From assembly GCF_002105155.1 (NCBI RefSeq), contig NW_019029005.1, positions 186,001-250,000 on the forward strand: 64,000 nucleotides of DNA, given 5' to 3'. Below are positions 38,054-52,368 of the stretch, in pieces. Every line of letters starts with the position of its first letter. Position 1 is the stretch's first letter. This DNA is from Lobosporangium transversale (Eukaryota). Position numbers and translations under genes: made by a program. The notes beneath the pieces are model-generated. The model did not search any database. It saw only the letters and a list, made by a program, of their open reading frames with translations, and was not told the DNA's origin.

Positions 38054-39072
38054 AGGCAATTGAGTTTTCCAAAAGGAAGAAGGCGAACAGACCACCTGCT
38101 CCTATCATGCTACTGAACAGCGGTTTTTTCTTCAAATAAGCATGTTGAATTACCTTGGTAAGATCTTACTGGCCCCTATCCCTTTTTTTTTCACAGACAT
38201 GCGCGTAAGCTCAGTGCCCATGCATTCCTTCATCTCGTCATCACACACTTTTAAAAGCTATTGTTATCGTTAATGAGGGGGACTCCACTGATGCTGTGTA
38301 GTTGGGTAAGCTGTTTATTCTACTTACGAAATACATGAACTTGTTTCCTCGGAATGTCTGTAAACTAAATGGTTTGACTGGTACAAATATTATATTTGTG
38401 TGATTATAGACAGATGCTTTTGTTTGTTAGTTTGTCTACTCTGTTATCCTTCAGTGTATTTATTGGCTTCACTCAAAGGATAAGAAAGATGAAATTGTAC
38501 TTGAATGCTCACTATTGAAACGGAGGAAAAAAAGGAGATTTAATGCATTGTTGGGAGTATTTCGTGGTTGTGTGATGATGATACCGCGCAGGATGCATTG
38601 GCTAGGCATTTCGTGAAATGCATAAGATTATAAGCACATCCAGAGTGTACGACAAACATTCACCCATATTTTTTTGTCTCTCATCGCACAACATTTAACC
38701 GTCCAAAAAAAAACAAAAAAAAGTTGCCACAGGTTGAAGTCAAAGATTAGGGGTGGGACTTTCGACAAGGCTGCTGATAAGGATTGGGATTTACCCCCAA
38801 CACAATTATGCTAAAAACGGTCTCATCCCTGCGCACATCACAAAATTGCAAAATGAGCCAGCTGATCCCTTTGGCGGCAGAATGGTATTGAAGTCACATG
38901 TCAAGCCAATGAGAGGGAATTACTGCCAATCACAAGGTTATTTATCACCATTACCCATTACCACACACAAAGCATCCTCAGCAAGAAAAAAAAAAAAAAA
39001 AAAAAAAAAAAAGCACGGACACCGATCGCAAGACAACATTGAATCAGAACGTGATATTCACGATTCACGATA

Positions 39073-39105
<33 letters not shown>

Positions 39106-39326
39106 CATTGCGCACGTCAAGCAAGTACATGCTGCGGATTAATGTAGACTGGAGAAGAGCGCGCAGGACTTCTTTTTTTTTTTTTTTTTTTTTGTAAAGA
39201 TAACAACGCGATATGCAACTAAATACTCTCAGCCTATCTTTCAAGCGCAAGTTATAAACCACTGTTCAGAACCGTTGTGGCGCGATGACTGTGCTCGTTC
39301 GATTTCGAAAAAGTACAAATACAACG

Positions 39327-39638
39327 TGAGTCAGCTGCAAAATGCTCAGCTTTTGACCCTTAAGGAAGAGCAGTATGATAGAGATGTGCACCACCTTGAG
39401 ATTTGAGCAACATCTGGGAATCGTGCACGGATCTGTGGGATTTACATGAATTCTATCCAATAAAAACAAAGCTTACCGTGATGAACATGCTCAATAATGA
39501 AAGTCTCTTGGTGCCTGGTCACCAACCAGAACATTCTTCCTTCTGTGGGAGCTGTGGTAGTCTATAGCACAACCAATGATCTCTGAACGAATTAGGCACA
39601 CAAGTTTGGAAGAGATATTTTATAAAGCCAATGAGTCA
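39327..39638. promoter_or_regulatory. Two TGAGTCA (Gcn4/CpcA/AP-1-type) sites upstream of GTP cyclohydrolase I
   Basis: Exact TGAGTCA at 39327-39333 and 39632-39638, the latter abutting a CCAAT box. Confidence 0.35.
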
Positions 39639-40231
39639 GGCACATAGGATTAAGAATGCTAGTAACAGATGAAGCTGGCTGTTATGATTTTTATGAACGT
39701 TTTGCTTAAACGGTAACTCCCTAACTACAGTTTGTGCAATGCTTTGTAAGTGAATGCTCCATTTGGAATTAAGGAATGAAGTCATTTAATAATGAGTGAG
39801 CGGACAAAGAAAAGTTGAGACGCCCACAAGATCAGCTAAATTATGCCTGCGCTCTTTCTATTGGCTCGAACTATTTCAACTTCTCCATCCGGAATGCTTT
39901 GGATGCGTATATATAACTGATCCAGAAGAAGGTACATGGAAAAAATAAAAGAATAATTACTCCTTTCCTTACATCTTCTTGTCTTTTCTCAATCTTTTTT
40001 TATTCTCTGAACTCTACCTTCTCATATCTGTTCTTACAGCTCTTTGAAAGAAAATTCATTCCAATGGCACACACTCCTACCAGCCAAAGATGCCCAATGG
40101 TAACATCGAGTAAGTATTTCTATAATAATAGCCTCCACACACACAAGCAATAGCATCAAACACATTATATATATATATAAAAAAGAATCACATTTTTTTT
40201 TTGCGTAATGAGTTTGCATTCATGCATAATG

Positions 40232-40265
<34 letters not shown>

Positions 40266-40595
40266 CCTTCCCACAGCCTATTGCCATTTGTATTATTTTT
40301 GTGGCCATCATTATCTTGGATCTATTGATCACAAAAAAGGTGCTCTGGCGAGAGTGGCAACTATGACCAACGCATTTTGTCCAACCACTGCAAGTCGGCT
40401 TGAATGCTGCTAGTTCAATTGTGTGCACAGGTCCTTTCCCTCCTTTTTTTTTTTTTTTTTTTTTTTTTTTTGAACCGCTGCGGTGTAAATATTTTATTTC
40501 CCACGGAGAGCCAATCATCAAAATTTATAATCGCATTTTCCTTTTCAGGTCCATTCTTGACAATTAACAACAGCAGCATATCTCTGTTTACTTAG

Positions 40596-41942
40596 ATTAC
40601 TCTATCCGACTGCCAAGCAAGCCGCACTCTCACATGCCTTGACCGGACACTCAAGTTCCTCTGGCAATAGTCTTGTCAAGTCAGGGTATTCTGAGAGAAG
40701 TGGATCTCCTATTGACTTTGACGGTCTCAGTTTCCCCAGTAAGGAAAATTGTTAAACTTTCATCCAAACTTTCTGCGAACCTTAAAATTTTTTTACAGAG
40801 TTCGAGAACGACGATCGATTCAATACTAATCCCCTCAAGCGTCTTATTATTATTATTATTATTTCGTAATAGGTATTGGTGCTAGGGAACGCCGTGAAGA
40901 CACAGAAGAACAGCGTGAGGTTAGGATTCAAAAGATTGCTGGGGCTGTCCGTACGATCATAGAGTGCATCGGCGAAGATCCTGACCGTGAAGGCCTACTT
41001 AAGACCCCGGAGCGCTATGCCAAGGCATTAATGTTCTTTTCCAAGGGATATGAAGAGAGTGTCACTCGTAAGGGCTTATTTAGGGTTCAAGGTTAATGTA
41101 CAAGTGACAATTGGTTTCGTCAGATATCCTAAACTTCTCTACTTTCTGTCTGTATTCCATCTATTGGCTTTATGTAGATCTTATGAACAAGGCGCTTTTT
41201 CAAGAAGGTGCGACAAAAAAAGAACGCTAGATACACTATTTTGAGGTTAAAGTTGGTCCATTTACAACAGCGCTATTATACTAATTTTTTTTTTTTTTTG
41301 TTTATTCATTTACTAGACCATGATGAGATGGTCATCGTTAAGAATATCGATGTATTTTCGCTATGTGAGCACCACATGGTGCCATTCACAGGAAAGGTAT
41401 GAATTGCAGAACTGTATGCAGTAGGCAAAGGTAAAGGTTCTCCATTTGCGATATTAACAAAGCGAGTGGCACATTCCCTTTATTAGATCCATATCGGCTA
41501 CATTCCTCAGAATGGAAAGGTTGTAGGGCTAAGCAAGATTGCTCGTTTGGCAGAGATGTTCAGCAGACGCCTTCAGGTTCAGGAGAGATTAACTAAGCAA
41601 GTTGCCGTGGCTCTCAAGGAGCTTCTCGACCCCCAAGGTGTTGCTGTAGTCATGGAAGCTAGGTAAGGATCTCTTATGTATTTCTATATTCTCTCTCTCC
41701 ACCTACCTTTTATTTATTTATTTATTATTTTAATTTCATTCCATTTATTAAATGACGATTGGAAATGTTAACACGACTATTTTTGCCCTCATTCGTACAC
41801 TCATAGTCATTTCTGCATGGTCATGCGTGGAGTCCAGAAGCCAGGTAGTCAAACGATTACCAGTTCCATGTTTGGTTGTTTCCGTGATAATGCCAAAACT
41901 AGAGAGGAGTTCTTGTCTTTGATCCGAAGGAGTGGTATTTAA
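40596..41942 (+). CDS. FOL2: GTP cyclohydrolase I (5' exon(s) probably further upstream, ~40.0-40.4 kb)
   Basis: [118 protein letters not shown]. Confidence 0.96.
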
Positions 41943-42426
41943 ATTTTTAGTTGCTAGACAAGCCCCGCCAAACTACAAGGATACCCAAAATAGACCAATT
42001 CCACATTTCCACATTTCCAATTTCCACAATTCCACATGTCCACATGACGCACTTTCATGCAAATAAATGTATAATGCGGTATCACATTATAACCACACTG
42101 TTCTTCTTTGTCATCGATGTTCATAACAACACGTCCAAACAGTTATGTAATGAGGAATGTTGACGTGTATCCACACCTTCTTAATTGTCGTTTAAAATGA
42201 AAATGGGCTTGGTTTTGTAGGACAAAGACGCCACCCTCAATACACTGCCTCGAAGTGCCAGTTTCAAAGTTTATGTAAATTTGCCCTGAAGAGGTCCCGA
42301 CCCTTGATTTTTTCATCATCTGATTTTACTGTTTCCCTTTTATCACTTTTTGAATAACTTTTTTTTCTCTCTCTCTTCTCCTCATGACCTTCCCCAAAAA
42401 AGATATCCCTTGCCTTTCTTATCATC

Positions 42427-45357
42427 ATGCAAATATTATATCCTTCAAAGCCTTCGGAACCCTGCTCCAGAGTTAGCTCAAGATTCGCTGCACGCAAGTT
42501 TAATCCTTCTTTTAACTACTCAATAGAACAAAAATATTTTCGCAGCTGAGCTAACCTTTTTATTTTAATAATAATAATAATATAATAATAATAATAATAA
42601 TAATAAAACAGTGGTCTTGTTGATGAGACGGTCGCTCGTTCAGCGATCCTCAAGTTTTTCTCTTTCTCTGGGATACCAAAGTGGGTAGTTGGTCAAAAAC
42701 ACCATACGCAAAGACGGAGCGCATCAAAGACACATTAAATCCGTGTTCGTCAACGCATTCAATTGACTATCGTTTCGAGACAGAGCAACGTCTTAGATTT
42801 GCTGTCTATGATATTGATGACAAAAACAGCGACAAATTTTCGGATCAGGATTACCTTGGAGAAGCCACTGTCGACTTGGCTTCCATTGTGACGGCACGTG
42901 GAGGTCAGATAGGGTTGAATCTCACACTCCCAGGTTCAAATTCATTGCTTCAATGGGTACGATCATTATTCAAGCTGAGGAACTGAAGTCTTCTAAAACG
43001 TATTCAGGTAAAGGGTGATGGGCAACAAACCCCTTTTAGCCTTCTTTCCTTCGCCGCGAAACGATGAAGAAAAAAATATTAAAAATAATCCTTATCTTCC
43101 TTTCAGTTTCTCTATCAAAGCAAATGATTTGACAAAAAAAGGCTTTTTCAAGACAAGGCCTTCCGCCTTCTTCATCGTTGAGCGCGGAACGAGAACGGGA
43201 CATATTCGCCTGTATACGATCCAAGGTGCGGGAAGATGACGATGAATCCTATTTGGGATCCATTTTCAATCAAGGAGAGTGTTCTTAACAATGGAGATCC
43301 TAATAGATCATTACGAATCCAGGTCATGAGCCACAAGGAAAATGGAAGTATGTCTCAAAAGAGAGTTGTGGCTATGAATTTACAAAAAAAAATACCGCCA
43401 AAGGAACAACTAGGAGAAAGAAAACAACAATGGTGAAAATGGCCACAATATCCACACAAGAATGAAGCAAACTCTGGGAGATTACTAACATGACTAAACT
43501 TTTTTTTTTTTTTTTTTTTTTTGCACAACATTCATAGCCCATACAATCATTGGAACGACGCCTGTTTTCACGACTGCGGATTTGAGCCGTTACAGCTTTC
43601 CCCACACAGTCCCTATCCCGCCTATGACAGGAACATCTTCATTGACTATTACCAACTTTTCTATTACAACTCCACCATCATTCATGGATTTCATGATTGC
43701 GGGCGGGACTATAGGTCTGATAGTTGCAATTGATTTCACTCAGAGCAACGGTGATCCTCAAAATCCAAGTTCGCTACATTTCAAGTCTCCCACAGGCGAC
43801 AATGAGTATACTCGGGCAATCCGCAGTGTGGGAAACATTCTGCAGTTCTATGATTCAGATAAAAATTTCCAGTCTATGGATTCGGCGGAAGGATTCAAGG
43901 CCAAGTCAACCATGCCTTTCCGCTAAATGGCAACCCAAGCAACGTAGGTTTTACTAAGTTAAAAAAAAAATTAGAGTATGTTCGAACCGATCTGACCACC
44001 AGCATACTGCCTGCATACTTTATATTTTTTTATTAGCCTGAAGTTAATGGCGTAGAAGGTATCCTCAATGCATATTGGAATGCTCATTCGTTCGTTGAAT
44101 TGTGGGGCCCAACGAACTTTACGCCTGTGATTTCTGAGGCCACAACGATTGCCAAGAATAGTGAGCCCTACAATTATACTGTTCTTCTGATCCTCACAGA
44201 TGGAGCCATTACTGATATGTAAATCTTTGGAAAAGTCCCCAATAACGCACGGTATTGGAGAGTGCTGAGTATTTCCATGACACTCAGTTGCTAACAAATG
44301 TTTTGTCCGATGTCTGTTCAACTTTTTTAGGAATGACACTATTAGCGCGATTCAGAAAGCAAGCAAACACGCAATATCGATCATCATTGTTGGCGTCGGA
44401 AAAGCAGAGTTTGGAAAGGTAATGGTTTATGCTAGAGATGATTGATGATATCTAAACAATGTGCTGGCCATTAGATGTAAATATTTAGTGTTCTTTATTG
44501 ATATTTCTTTTTTTTCAATCGTCAGATGGACGCTCTGGACGGAGACGTTGAAACTTCTTCTGTTCGCAGCAAAAAGAGCCGTGATATCGTCCAGTTTGTG
44601 GCCGCACGTGACTTCCCTCCTCACCTTGAGTATGGACTTGCGCAAGCATTGTTGGCGGAGCTTCCAGATCAGTTTGTGGCGTACATGACCATAAATAATA
44701 TTAAACCTCCGCCGGTTGTCCTCGGGTCTGTCCCCATGCCTATGGTCCCAGCAATCCCTGCAGGGTTCACACATGGTTGACACTGTTCCTACACATCCTA
44801 TGATTGCACCAGGTCGGTATCCTCCGTCAACTATATATCCACCACCCTTTATGTCCGGAGCTTCAGGTTACGCTCCAGGATATCCTTCTCCAGCCGGGCC
44901 ACCACGTCCTGATTTTTACCCTAGTCGTTCTCCTTCGCCAGTTTTCCGAGCTTATGGTACTAGTCCACCTACGCATATCAACCATCCAAGGTACCCCCAC
45001 AGTTTCAGCCGGAGCCTCATCGCTACCCTCATGGGCAACATCTCTACCATCCCTCTGCTTCAGGAGCATATTCATCTCCTCCATCTCACTATCCCTTCCA
45101 ACCCCATCGCCGTATCCACCACACTACCCTCAGCATCCGCTCCAGCCTCAACCGCATCAACCATCTCCAAGCGGCATCCATGCGTATCCACAACCTCGAC
45201 AACCATCACCATCTTTAAATCATGAACCCCTACCCCAACCCAGCAACCAGTGACAGTTACGAGTCATGAGAATTCTGCACAATCTCTTCAGCAACCACGA
45301 GCTCCTGGTGCCCCACAGACTGCCCTGCCCTCCGATGAGGCAAATGGCAAGCATTAG
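42427..45357 (+). CDS. Copine (C2-C2-vWA) with a Pro/Tyr-rich C-terminal tail
   Basis: KTERIKDTLNP, YRFETEQRLRFAVYDID, DYLGEA, LIVAIDFTQSNGDPQNPSSLHF, YTRAIRSVGNILQFYDSDK, LWGPTNFTPVI, YTVLLILTDGAITD, SIIIVGVG, RDIVQFV, LLAELPDQFVAYM. Confidence 0.93.
42568..42605. repeat. (AAT)n microsatellite in copine intron 1
   Basis: Directly visible. Confidence 0.9.
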
Positions 45358-46866
45358 CCAAGTCAAGAGCGATTCATCCAAGGCCTTGTAACTCTAGTAT
45401 CTTAAACTGCATCTTTCCAATAATAAGTAGGGAAAAAGACAAAAAAAAAAAAAAAAGTAAGCAATAGTAAGGCATATGTATTCCAAATTGAATACAGACT
45501 ATTCGCTGTTTCTTTGTCTGCAATAGCTTTCGGAAATAAAAATAAAAAATAAATAGGGCAACAAGTAATGGGACGGTAGAATGTAGCAAATAGAATTCAG
45601 AGTCTTGTGTTCTTAGTCACCTCTGCAAAAGGAGGGTTCTTTATAGAGCACTAAGAATAACTGCGGAGGTTTTTTTTTTTTTTTTTTTTTTTTTCAAAAA
45701 TGGCGGGAAAAAATATTTGATTGAATGTTCGCTATTTTACGAGTAGAAAAGAACAATTTTAAAAAGCGATGGCCCATGCCGGTCATGGCACATGCATTAG
45801 GAATGTAAGAGCGTTGTACTTGGTTCAGGAGAAACGAGGGAATGAAGGAGAGTGAATGGGGAGCGGGAAACGAAAGTTGCTGTCCAGATTGGATTCATTG
45901 ATTGACATGGTACATGTACGATAAATTTTCTCATTGGCCATAACGTCTCATCCTGATTGTTCCTTTCATATTCTCTAATGTGCTGTTGGTGTGCCTGAGC
46001 TGAGCTTGCATATGTTTTGGCGGCTCCATTTCAATAATACAGGAATGTTTATAAAAACTAGTTGTGCACATGTAACTCGTTCTCTTTTTTTTACACACGG
46101 CTGTTGAGCAAAACGCACAATCCCCTTGTTTTGTCTCTCTTTTTGATCATTTTGCATTTTGATCACAGGAAAAGCTCCGTGTGTCTGCCCTTGTACGACG
46201 TTGGACTCTGTTTCTGCAAGTCAACAGGGTCTCGTATTTCAATCTGACATTCAGTTTTGAATAGAGCCCAGTCTATGATTCAAGTTGGACATGTTGTATG
46301 CTGTCTGTACACACAGAACATTGTGTGGCGTCTTTGTGCACGTTTCGCTTTGTCTTTCAAAGAACAGCTGGAAAATAGTCCCGAGAGAACAAAAAACCAT
46401 CTGCCCAGCACTCACAGTTTTTACAAAACGGTTGGGCACACGAGACGATTGGCCCATGCCCGATCAGGCAAGGATTGGTCATCAGAAGAGAACAGAGGCG
46501 AATACCTTCTTTCTGCTTGTTCTGTTCCTCTCCCTCTTTTCTTCTCTTTCCTCTCTTCTGTCTTTCTCTTTTCATCTTTTTCTGCTCTTGCTCTCAGTCT
46601 TCTTTGTCTTTACCTCCTTCCACTTCTACTTCCTCTCCCTTACCTAATATCACAACCACCCTTCCATTATTCGATAAAAGACACCATTATACTATCTACA
46701 TAGTTATTCCTTAATCCATAGTGTTCTTAGTCTATCTCGCCTTTCTACAAGCAATCATAACAATCTCACATTCTGCTCTACACATTTCACAATTCACATT
46801 TCACATTACAACATTACACAATACACATTACAGATTACAGATTAGACATTACATATTCCATTCATC

Positions 46867-49800
46867 ATGAGTTCGAAAGAGCCTCGTTTGTCACAAGTCC
46901 TACCAATTATTCGGTGCTCGGATTGTGGAAAAGATGTCGAGTTCCGCAAACTGAGTGAACATGCTTGTATAGCTATCCCGACATTGCCTGCAATGCCTCT
47001 GTACATCCCCAGAAGACGTAAGTTGCATGATCAATCATCAGTGAGCGAGGAACACTGGGTGCACATAAGAAGGTGGAAAAAAAAAATTGAGCCTCAGGCG
47101 GAATCTTTTTTGTGTACGAGTCCATGCGTGTACACTTTGGATATTTTCGGTGAATTGTATCAGCGGACAAAGCTTTGGACATTGGAGCATGTTACAGCAT
47201 TGCTCACAACTATGACCGACAGTATTTTGTAAACATCTCTGTCATCACAGGTTTTGTTGATCATGAAAACAAGAAGATATATCAAGAGTGATGCCAAGAT
47301 TGCAAAATTCATTTTCTCCTGTTCCATTCATAGGAAAGCTTGCTTTCCTAATACTGTTGGTCCCTTTTTTAACTTCTGTTCCTTTCAGTCGCCGGCCCAT
47401 TTTTTCTTTTGTTTCTTTGCGGCCAAAATTGCATTAAGATTGGTCATTCTTTTGTTCTTCATATTACTCGGTGAATTTCTGTGCAATCAGATTCCTAGGA
47501 TGAGGCTACAACTAGCGTTTTGATCTGTGATAGATTGTTCGCCGCCATACTCTGCTCTATTCTTTTTGCCATTCTAACATGTAATCATCGTGTTCTCAAT
47601 AGCTTACATACCATCAACGAAGACGACAACAACTACAACAACGACAAGGAGCGGAAGTGCTCTGAAGGACTTTAACAATAGCAAGCAACACAATCAAATT
47701 AATCAAGTCAGAGTCAAAAACAAGCATACCAACCATTTCTTGCACAACTAAAAAAACAGCTACCATTAACACAGCCCCACTCTCACCCATTCGTCCATCC
47801 TCTGTTCAAGCGCGACCTGCTCTGCCATATCTAGAAAAATACTCAAAACGCAAGTCTGCATCTGCTCCAGCGCTTCTTTCGCAACCCACTAATATTACTT
47901 CAGAACCACTCCATTACAATAAACGCAATAGTCAGACAATATCGCCCATTGTGCAGCTTGCTTTCTTGTAGTACGATGATGACCAGGATACTCCCATATC
48001 ACCTACACCAAAACGACACTCTACTGATTTTTATTCTACGCCATCCAGAACTTCGCTTGACGAACGGCACTCAAATCAGCCAACGCTGTAGGAGAACGCT
48101 CTACACACACAGAGTCGTTGAAGCCAATCATGGAGTCGATAGAGTGCAACTACCCATCTCGTAGCTCACGGATCAATCTCAGCAGCAGCCTGTTCCTGCT
48201 CTTCCTCGCAAGTCTTCACAGCGTATATCCGGCATCGTCCCAGCTGTAGCAGGCGTTAATGCTCCTCCCATTCACAGCACTGGAAGCACCAGCAAGAGCA
48301 ACGGGAGCAACAATGTACCCATGCAGTCAGTATCGCAACACAAACATTGGATTCTACAATAGATCATGATCAGGAACGTACGATTGAACCACCCTCGATC
48401 AAGCGACCTACTATGCTAGCAGTTAGGAACGTCTTCAGGCTGAAAGGCTTCATCAACGGTCCCTGTCAGAAACGATCCGAACGATCCGAACGATCTTCGC
48501 TGCAGACAGAAAGGCCTCAAAGAATTGATAGAACGCGTCCGAGGATTTGAGACATTCTGACAATACGCTTCCGAAGCATCGATCTGAGAGAGATTCGACG
48601 CAGATATTCAGTTCTTTGACAAGCTCTGGAGCACGAGAGGATCATATCAGTGTTCAGGATGGAATCTATGTTCAAGGGAGTCCATCGCCACCATTGTCTT
48701 CACAAGAAAAAAACTCGTTGCATGCAGAGCAAAACACATTCAAGGACGAGGATGACCTGTATTGCTCAGTTACACCACCTGGGTCTCTATCGCCTTCCCC
48801 TATTCCATCAAAGGTAATACGCCGGTGCAATCTGACGTATTTCTTTTGAAATCAATTTCTATTCATTCGACAACGTCAGCATGACTAAACTATTTTTCTA
48901 TATACATATTTGTATTTATATGGTGACCGACTAGAGAGCTCAACACGTATCTCATCAGAAGCTGGGCGTCCCTTCGATACTTGGAGGTCTTCTGTGAACA
49001 GCAGCAGTAGCTCACTGGATGTCCCAAGGCGGCTACCTCCTGGTTCTCAGCATCTATCGCACAAGCCTAGCGTAGACCAATTCGATGCCTTGATGGAAGA
49101 CCTTATGCAGGAGATTAAAGTCCGACCGACTGTGTCTCGTAAACCTGTACTCCCACCACGCCCACAAGTGTCTGAAACTTCTCAGACAGAATATATCAGG
49201 GTTATTACTCCTCAGCCTCCAGTCACTGTTGCAGATGAAGACCAAAACACGGATGCCCTGCCTATGACACAGCCTAGTAATGATGACAGAGTTCTATGTG
49301 TTGCAGATGACAGGAACCTTACAGCTACTAAGTTGACTCCAAATCAGGTGCAGCCATCCAAGGTTGAACGCCGATCTGCGTCTACGCAAACATCGGTGTT
49401 TCTTACTCCTGAGCAACTACAACAGCTACAACTACAGTTATTACAGCAACAGCAACAACAACAACAACAAATGAAAACAGCCGTTCGTCAGTCGCTCGAT
49501 GCGGATTCGTCACCAACACTTACACTTACCTCACAGCCAAAGACATTGGCTGTACCTCGAAGTGCTGAGGACGGCCGTCGATCACCATCTCCTAGACCAG
49601 CCCCCCGCCCAGCTCCTCGTCCGGCCCATACTCTTACCACAGGCTCCACTTCTCGTCAGACTCAGACCTTGACCAAACCTGAACCTACTCACAAAACGGC
49701 GATACACCAAACAGACGCTGTGGAACGCTCGACCTCTCCTATCCCTTCTCGCTCTACTATTAAAGCCACTCGCTCTCATTCGGGCACCTCCATTCAAACT

Positions 49801-52188
49801 AAAGCTGAGCTGACTAAGAGCTCTGTTACTTCCACAACACCTCTACCACTCCAACCCAGACCTATCCGTGCTGCAGCAACTGATACTGCAGCGGATAAAA
49901 GTCCCAAGGTCGGTTCAGTGACGCCTCCACCACTGAACCAAGACCCCCCGTCGGGAAGATGGCCTGGTTATCACGCCCACTGGTTCGGAAACAAATTCCC
50001 CATTGCATTCGCCAGTGGGTTCACCAGTGATGACAAATCCGCCTCCATTGAAGCCTCGACTGCTGCTGTTGCTCGTCGATCGGATAGTGCGCTAACTAAC
50101 CCTACATCTCCACCTGTACTCAAACAACGACCTACTCGCCGCGCGGATATGGAAAATATTCCAGGCAACGATGAAAATAACAGGGATAATAGCAATTCGT
50201 CTCACGAGATCGTCCAATGCAGAGTGGGTCGCCGCCTAGCTGAATATGATGATGAAGTCAAGAACAACCGATTGAGAACCTCAGCTCCATCTTCATCTTC
50301 GTCTCCATCTCCGTCTCCGTCTCCAGCTCCGCCTTCGTATAGGTCTTATCGACGGACAGAGAATGAGACTGCTAGCGGTGATAGTCAGCCACAGAGCCCC
50401 GCTGCTTCTAGACCTGCTTATCGTAGCCATGATAGCATCCAAACGTCGCCTCTGCCTTTGTTGGATACCTCAAAGAACAGCCGCCAATCAGAAGATGGTC
50501 GAAATCCCTCTCCACCAGCACCTGAACAGCCAAATATGGCGCGCCGGTCAACTGACCGCTGGCATCTTCGCCTATTCCGAAGGAGTAACAACAAAGAGAA
50601 GGAACAAAAAGAAAATGATTTTAGCAAAGTACAAGAGGAGGGAGATGAAGATCAGACACAGGAACTAGAGAAAGGGAATGAAAAAGAATATCAGGAGATG
50701 AAACAAAAGCAACAGAAGCAGCGCGCTGAGCGAAGAGGATTCATTAGCGGGAGAATTAAGTCGTCAGAGCGAAGTAATGGTACTGAGCGTGATGATTCAG
50801 TTGATGACTATCATTCACGTGATGAAGGTGTTTCTGAAGACAGTCCTAGCAATGAGAGGTTTAGGAGAAGCAATAACGCCAGCGATAGTAACAACAGCAG
50901 CAACAATGGCAGTAATAATCGCATTAATAGGAATAGCAGCAACGACAATATCAACTCCAGAGGAAGAGAAAGCAGTAGTGGAAATAACAACCGCAACAAC
51001 AAGAATAGCACTAATGACAATAGTAGCCACAGTAACAGGGCTAGCAATCATGACAACAATAACCATAGCGGCAGAAACAGTAACAAAAGTTGTAATAGCG
51101 GTGTTGAGGAGGACAATTATGATCATAACTTTGACCAAAGTTACGAACAAGTGACTATTCGAGACTGCAATCGTTCCTCATCCTCGAATCGGCTGTCGGA
51201 TTCATCAAGAGCTCTTAGTACACATAGCCGGTCGACCAATGGACGCAATGGTCCGACACTGGAGCGTTGTGCGGACTGTGATGAAGATATTCTACCTTCC
51301 GAGATGGCGGATTCAATCAAAATGGCGTTCAGTAGCTATCATGGGGAGTGCCTCAAATGCGCCCAATGTCGCATGCCGATTGAATCATCTTTGGATTGTC
51401 ATGAATATGAAGGACGTATCTTCTGTGAGCGTGATTTTGCAAAGTTATTGCAACAGGAAGTCTTACGACCTCAACGCCTTCGAATCTGCGCAGGATGTGA
51501 AGGGCCTATTCAGCAAACCGAACGGACTGTCTTCGCACTGGACAAACCCTGGCATGAGCATCATTTGTGTTGCTACCACTGTTTGAAGCCACTCCGAGTA
51601 TCCCATGTGGAAAAGAATGGGCGAGTCTATTGTCCCAAGGACTATGGTGAACTGTTCTTGCCTAAATGCAATGCTTGTGGACTGAGGATCGAAAGTCAGG
51701 CAGTCTCTGCACAGGATGGTAAGCTGAGGGCAAATGGCATGCTAATTGCTTCAGATGTCAGACGTGCAAGAGACCATTCCCAGATAAGAATTTTATGTCT
51801 TTGATAAGCAACCCTATTGTAAGCGCCATTACCATCGGCTGAATAACTCGATGTGCATGAGATGCGATGAGCCTATTGAAGGAGCTTGTGCTCAGACCTT
51901 GGAGGTAAAGACTTTTTTAGAGGAAAAAAAAAAAAAAAAAAAAAAAAAAAAAGCACCATTTAAGTACGACCATGTAAAAGCTAATCTGGATATCCTCTCC
52001 TATGATCTTTGAACAGAGGCTGGCGATTTCATCCAAAGTGCTTCAAGTGCTCACAGTGCGGCAACAAGCTGAAGGATAACTACTACAGTTACGACAATCA
52101 AACATATTGCGAGAAAGACATGCTCCACATCCAACGTACCCGCAATGTCCGTGCAGAGCGGGGCAGGACTATCTATGGTGAAATCTAA
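46867..52188 (+). CDS. Paxillin-like LIM-domain protein (N-terminal CxxC...HxC knuckle, long disordered middle, LD-like motif, C-terminal LIM domains)
   Basis: IRCSDCGKDVEFRKLSEHAC; FDALMEDLM; CADC..HGECLKCAQC, CAGC..WHEHHLCCYHC, PKCNAC.., CMRCDEPIEGAC..RFHPKCFKCSQC; stop at 52186-52188. Confidence 0.88.
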
Positions 52189-52368
52189 ACAATAGTGATA
52201 ATATGTAATAAAAAGTTATTTGTAAATAACAGTATAAATTAGACCATTGGCAGAGTAGCACTACATTTGAATAGTTATAATGCATGTATGATAAGTATGA
52301 TAAAAGCCTTGGTGAAGTTGCCATTTTGACTAAATTGCTTTATTCTTCAATATCATTTAATGTTTTTT

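Noticed and set aside
35700..39900. Many short ORFs in the long intergenic region; searched by eye for tRNA, snoRNA and TPP riboswitch
   Set aside because: The ORFs are poly(A/T)-driven with no protein-like signal, and no convincing RNA gene motifs were found.
46780..46860. CACATT/ACATTAC short repeats in the LIM gene 5' region (similar tract at 41995-42045)
   Set aside because: Ordinary degenerate simple repeats in UTR-like sequence.
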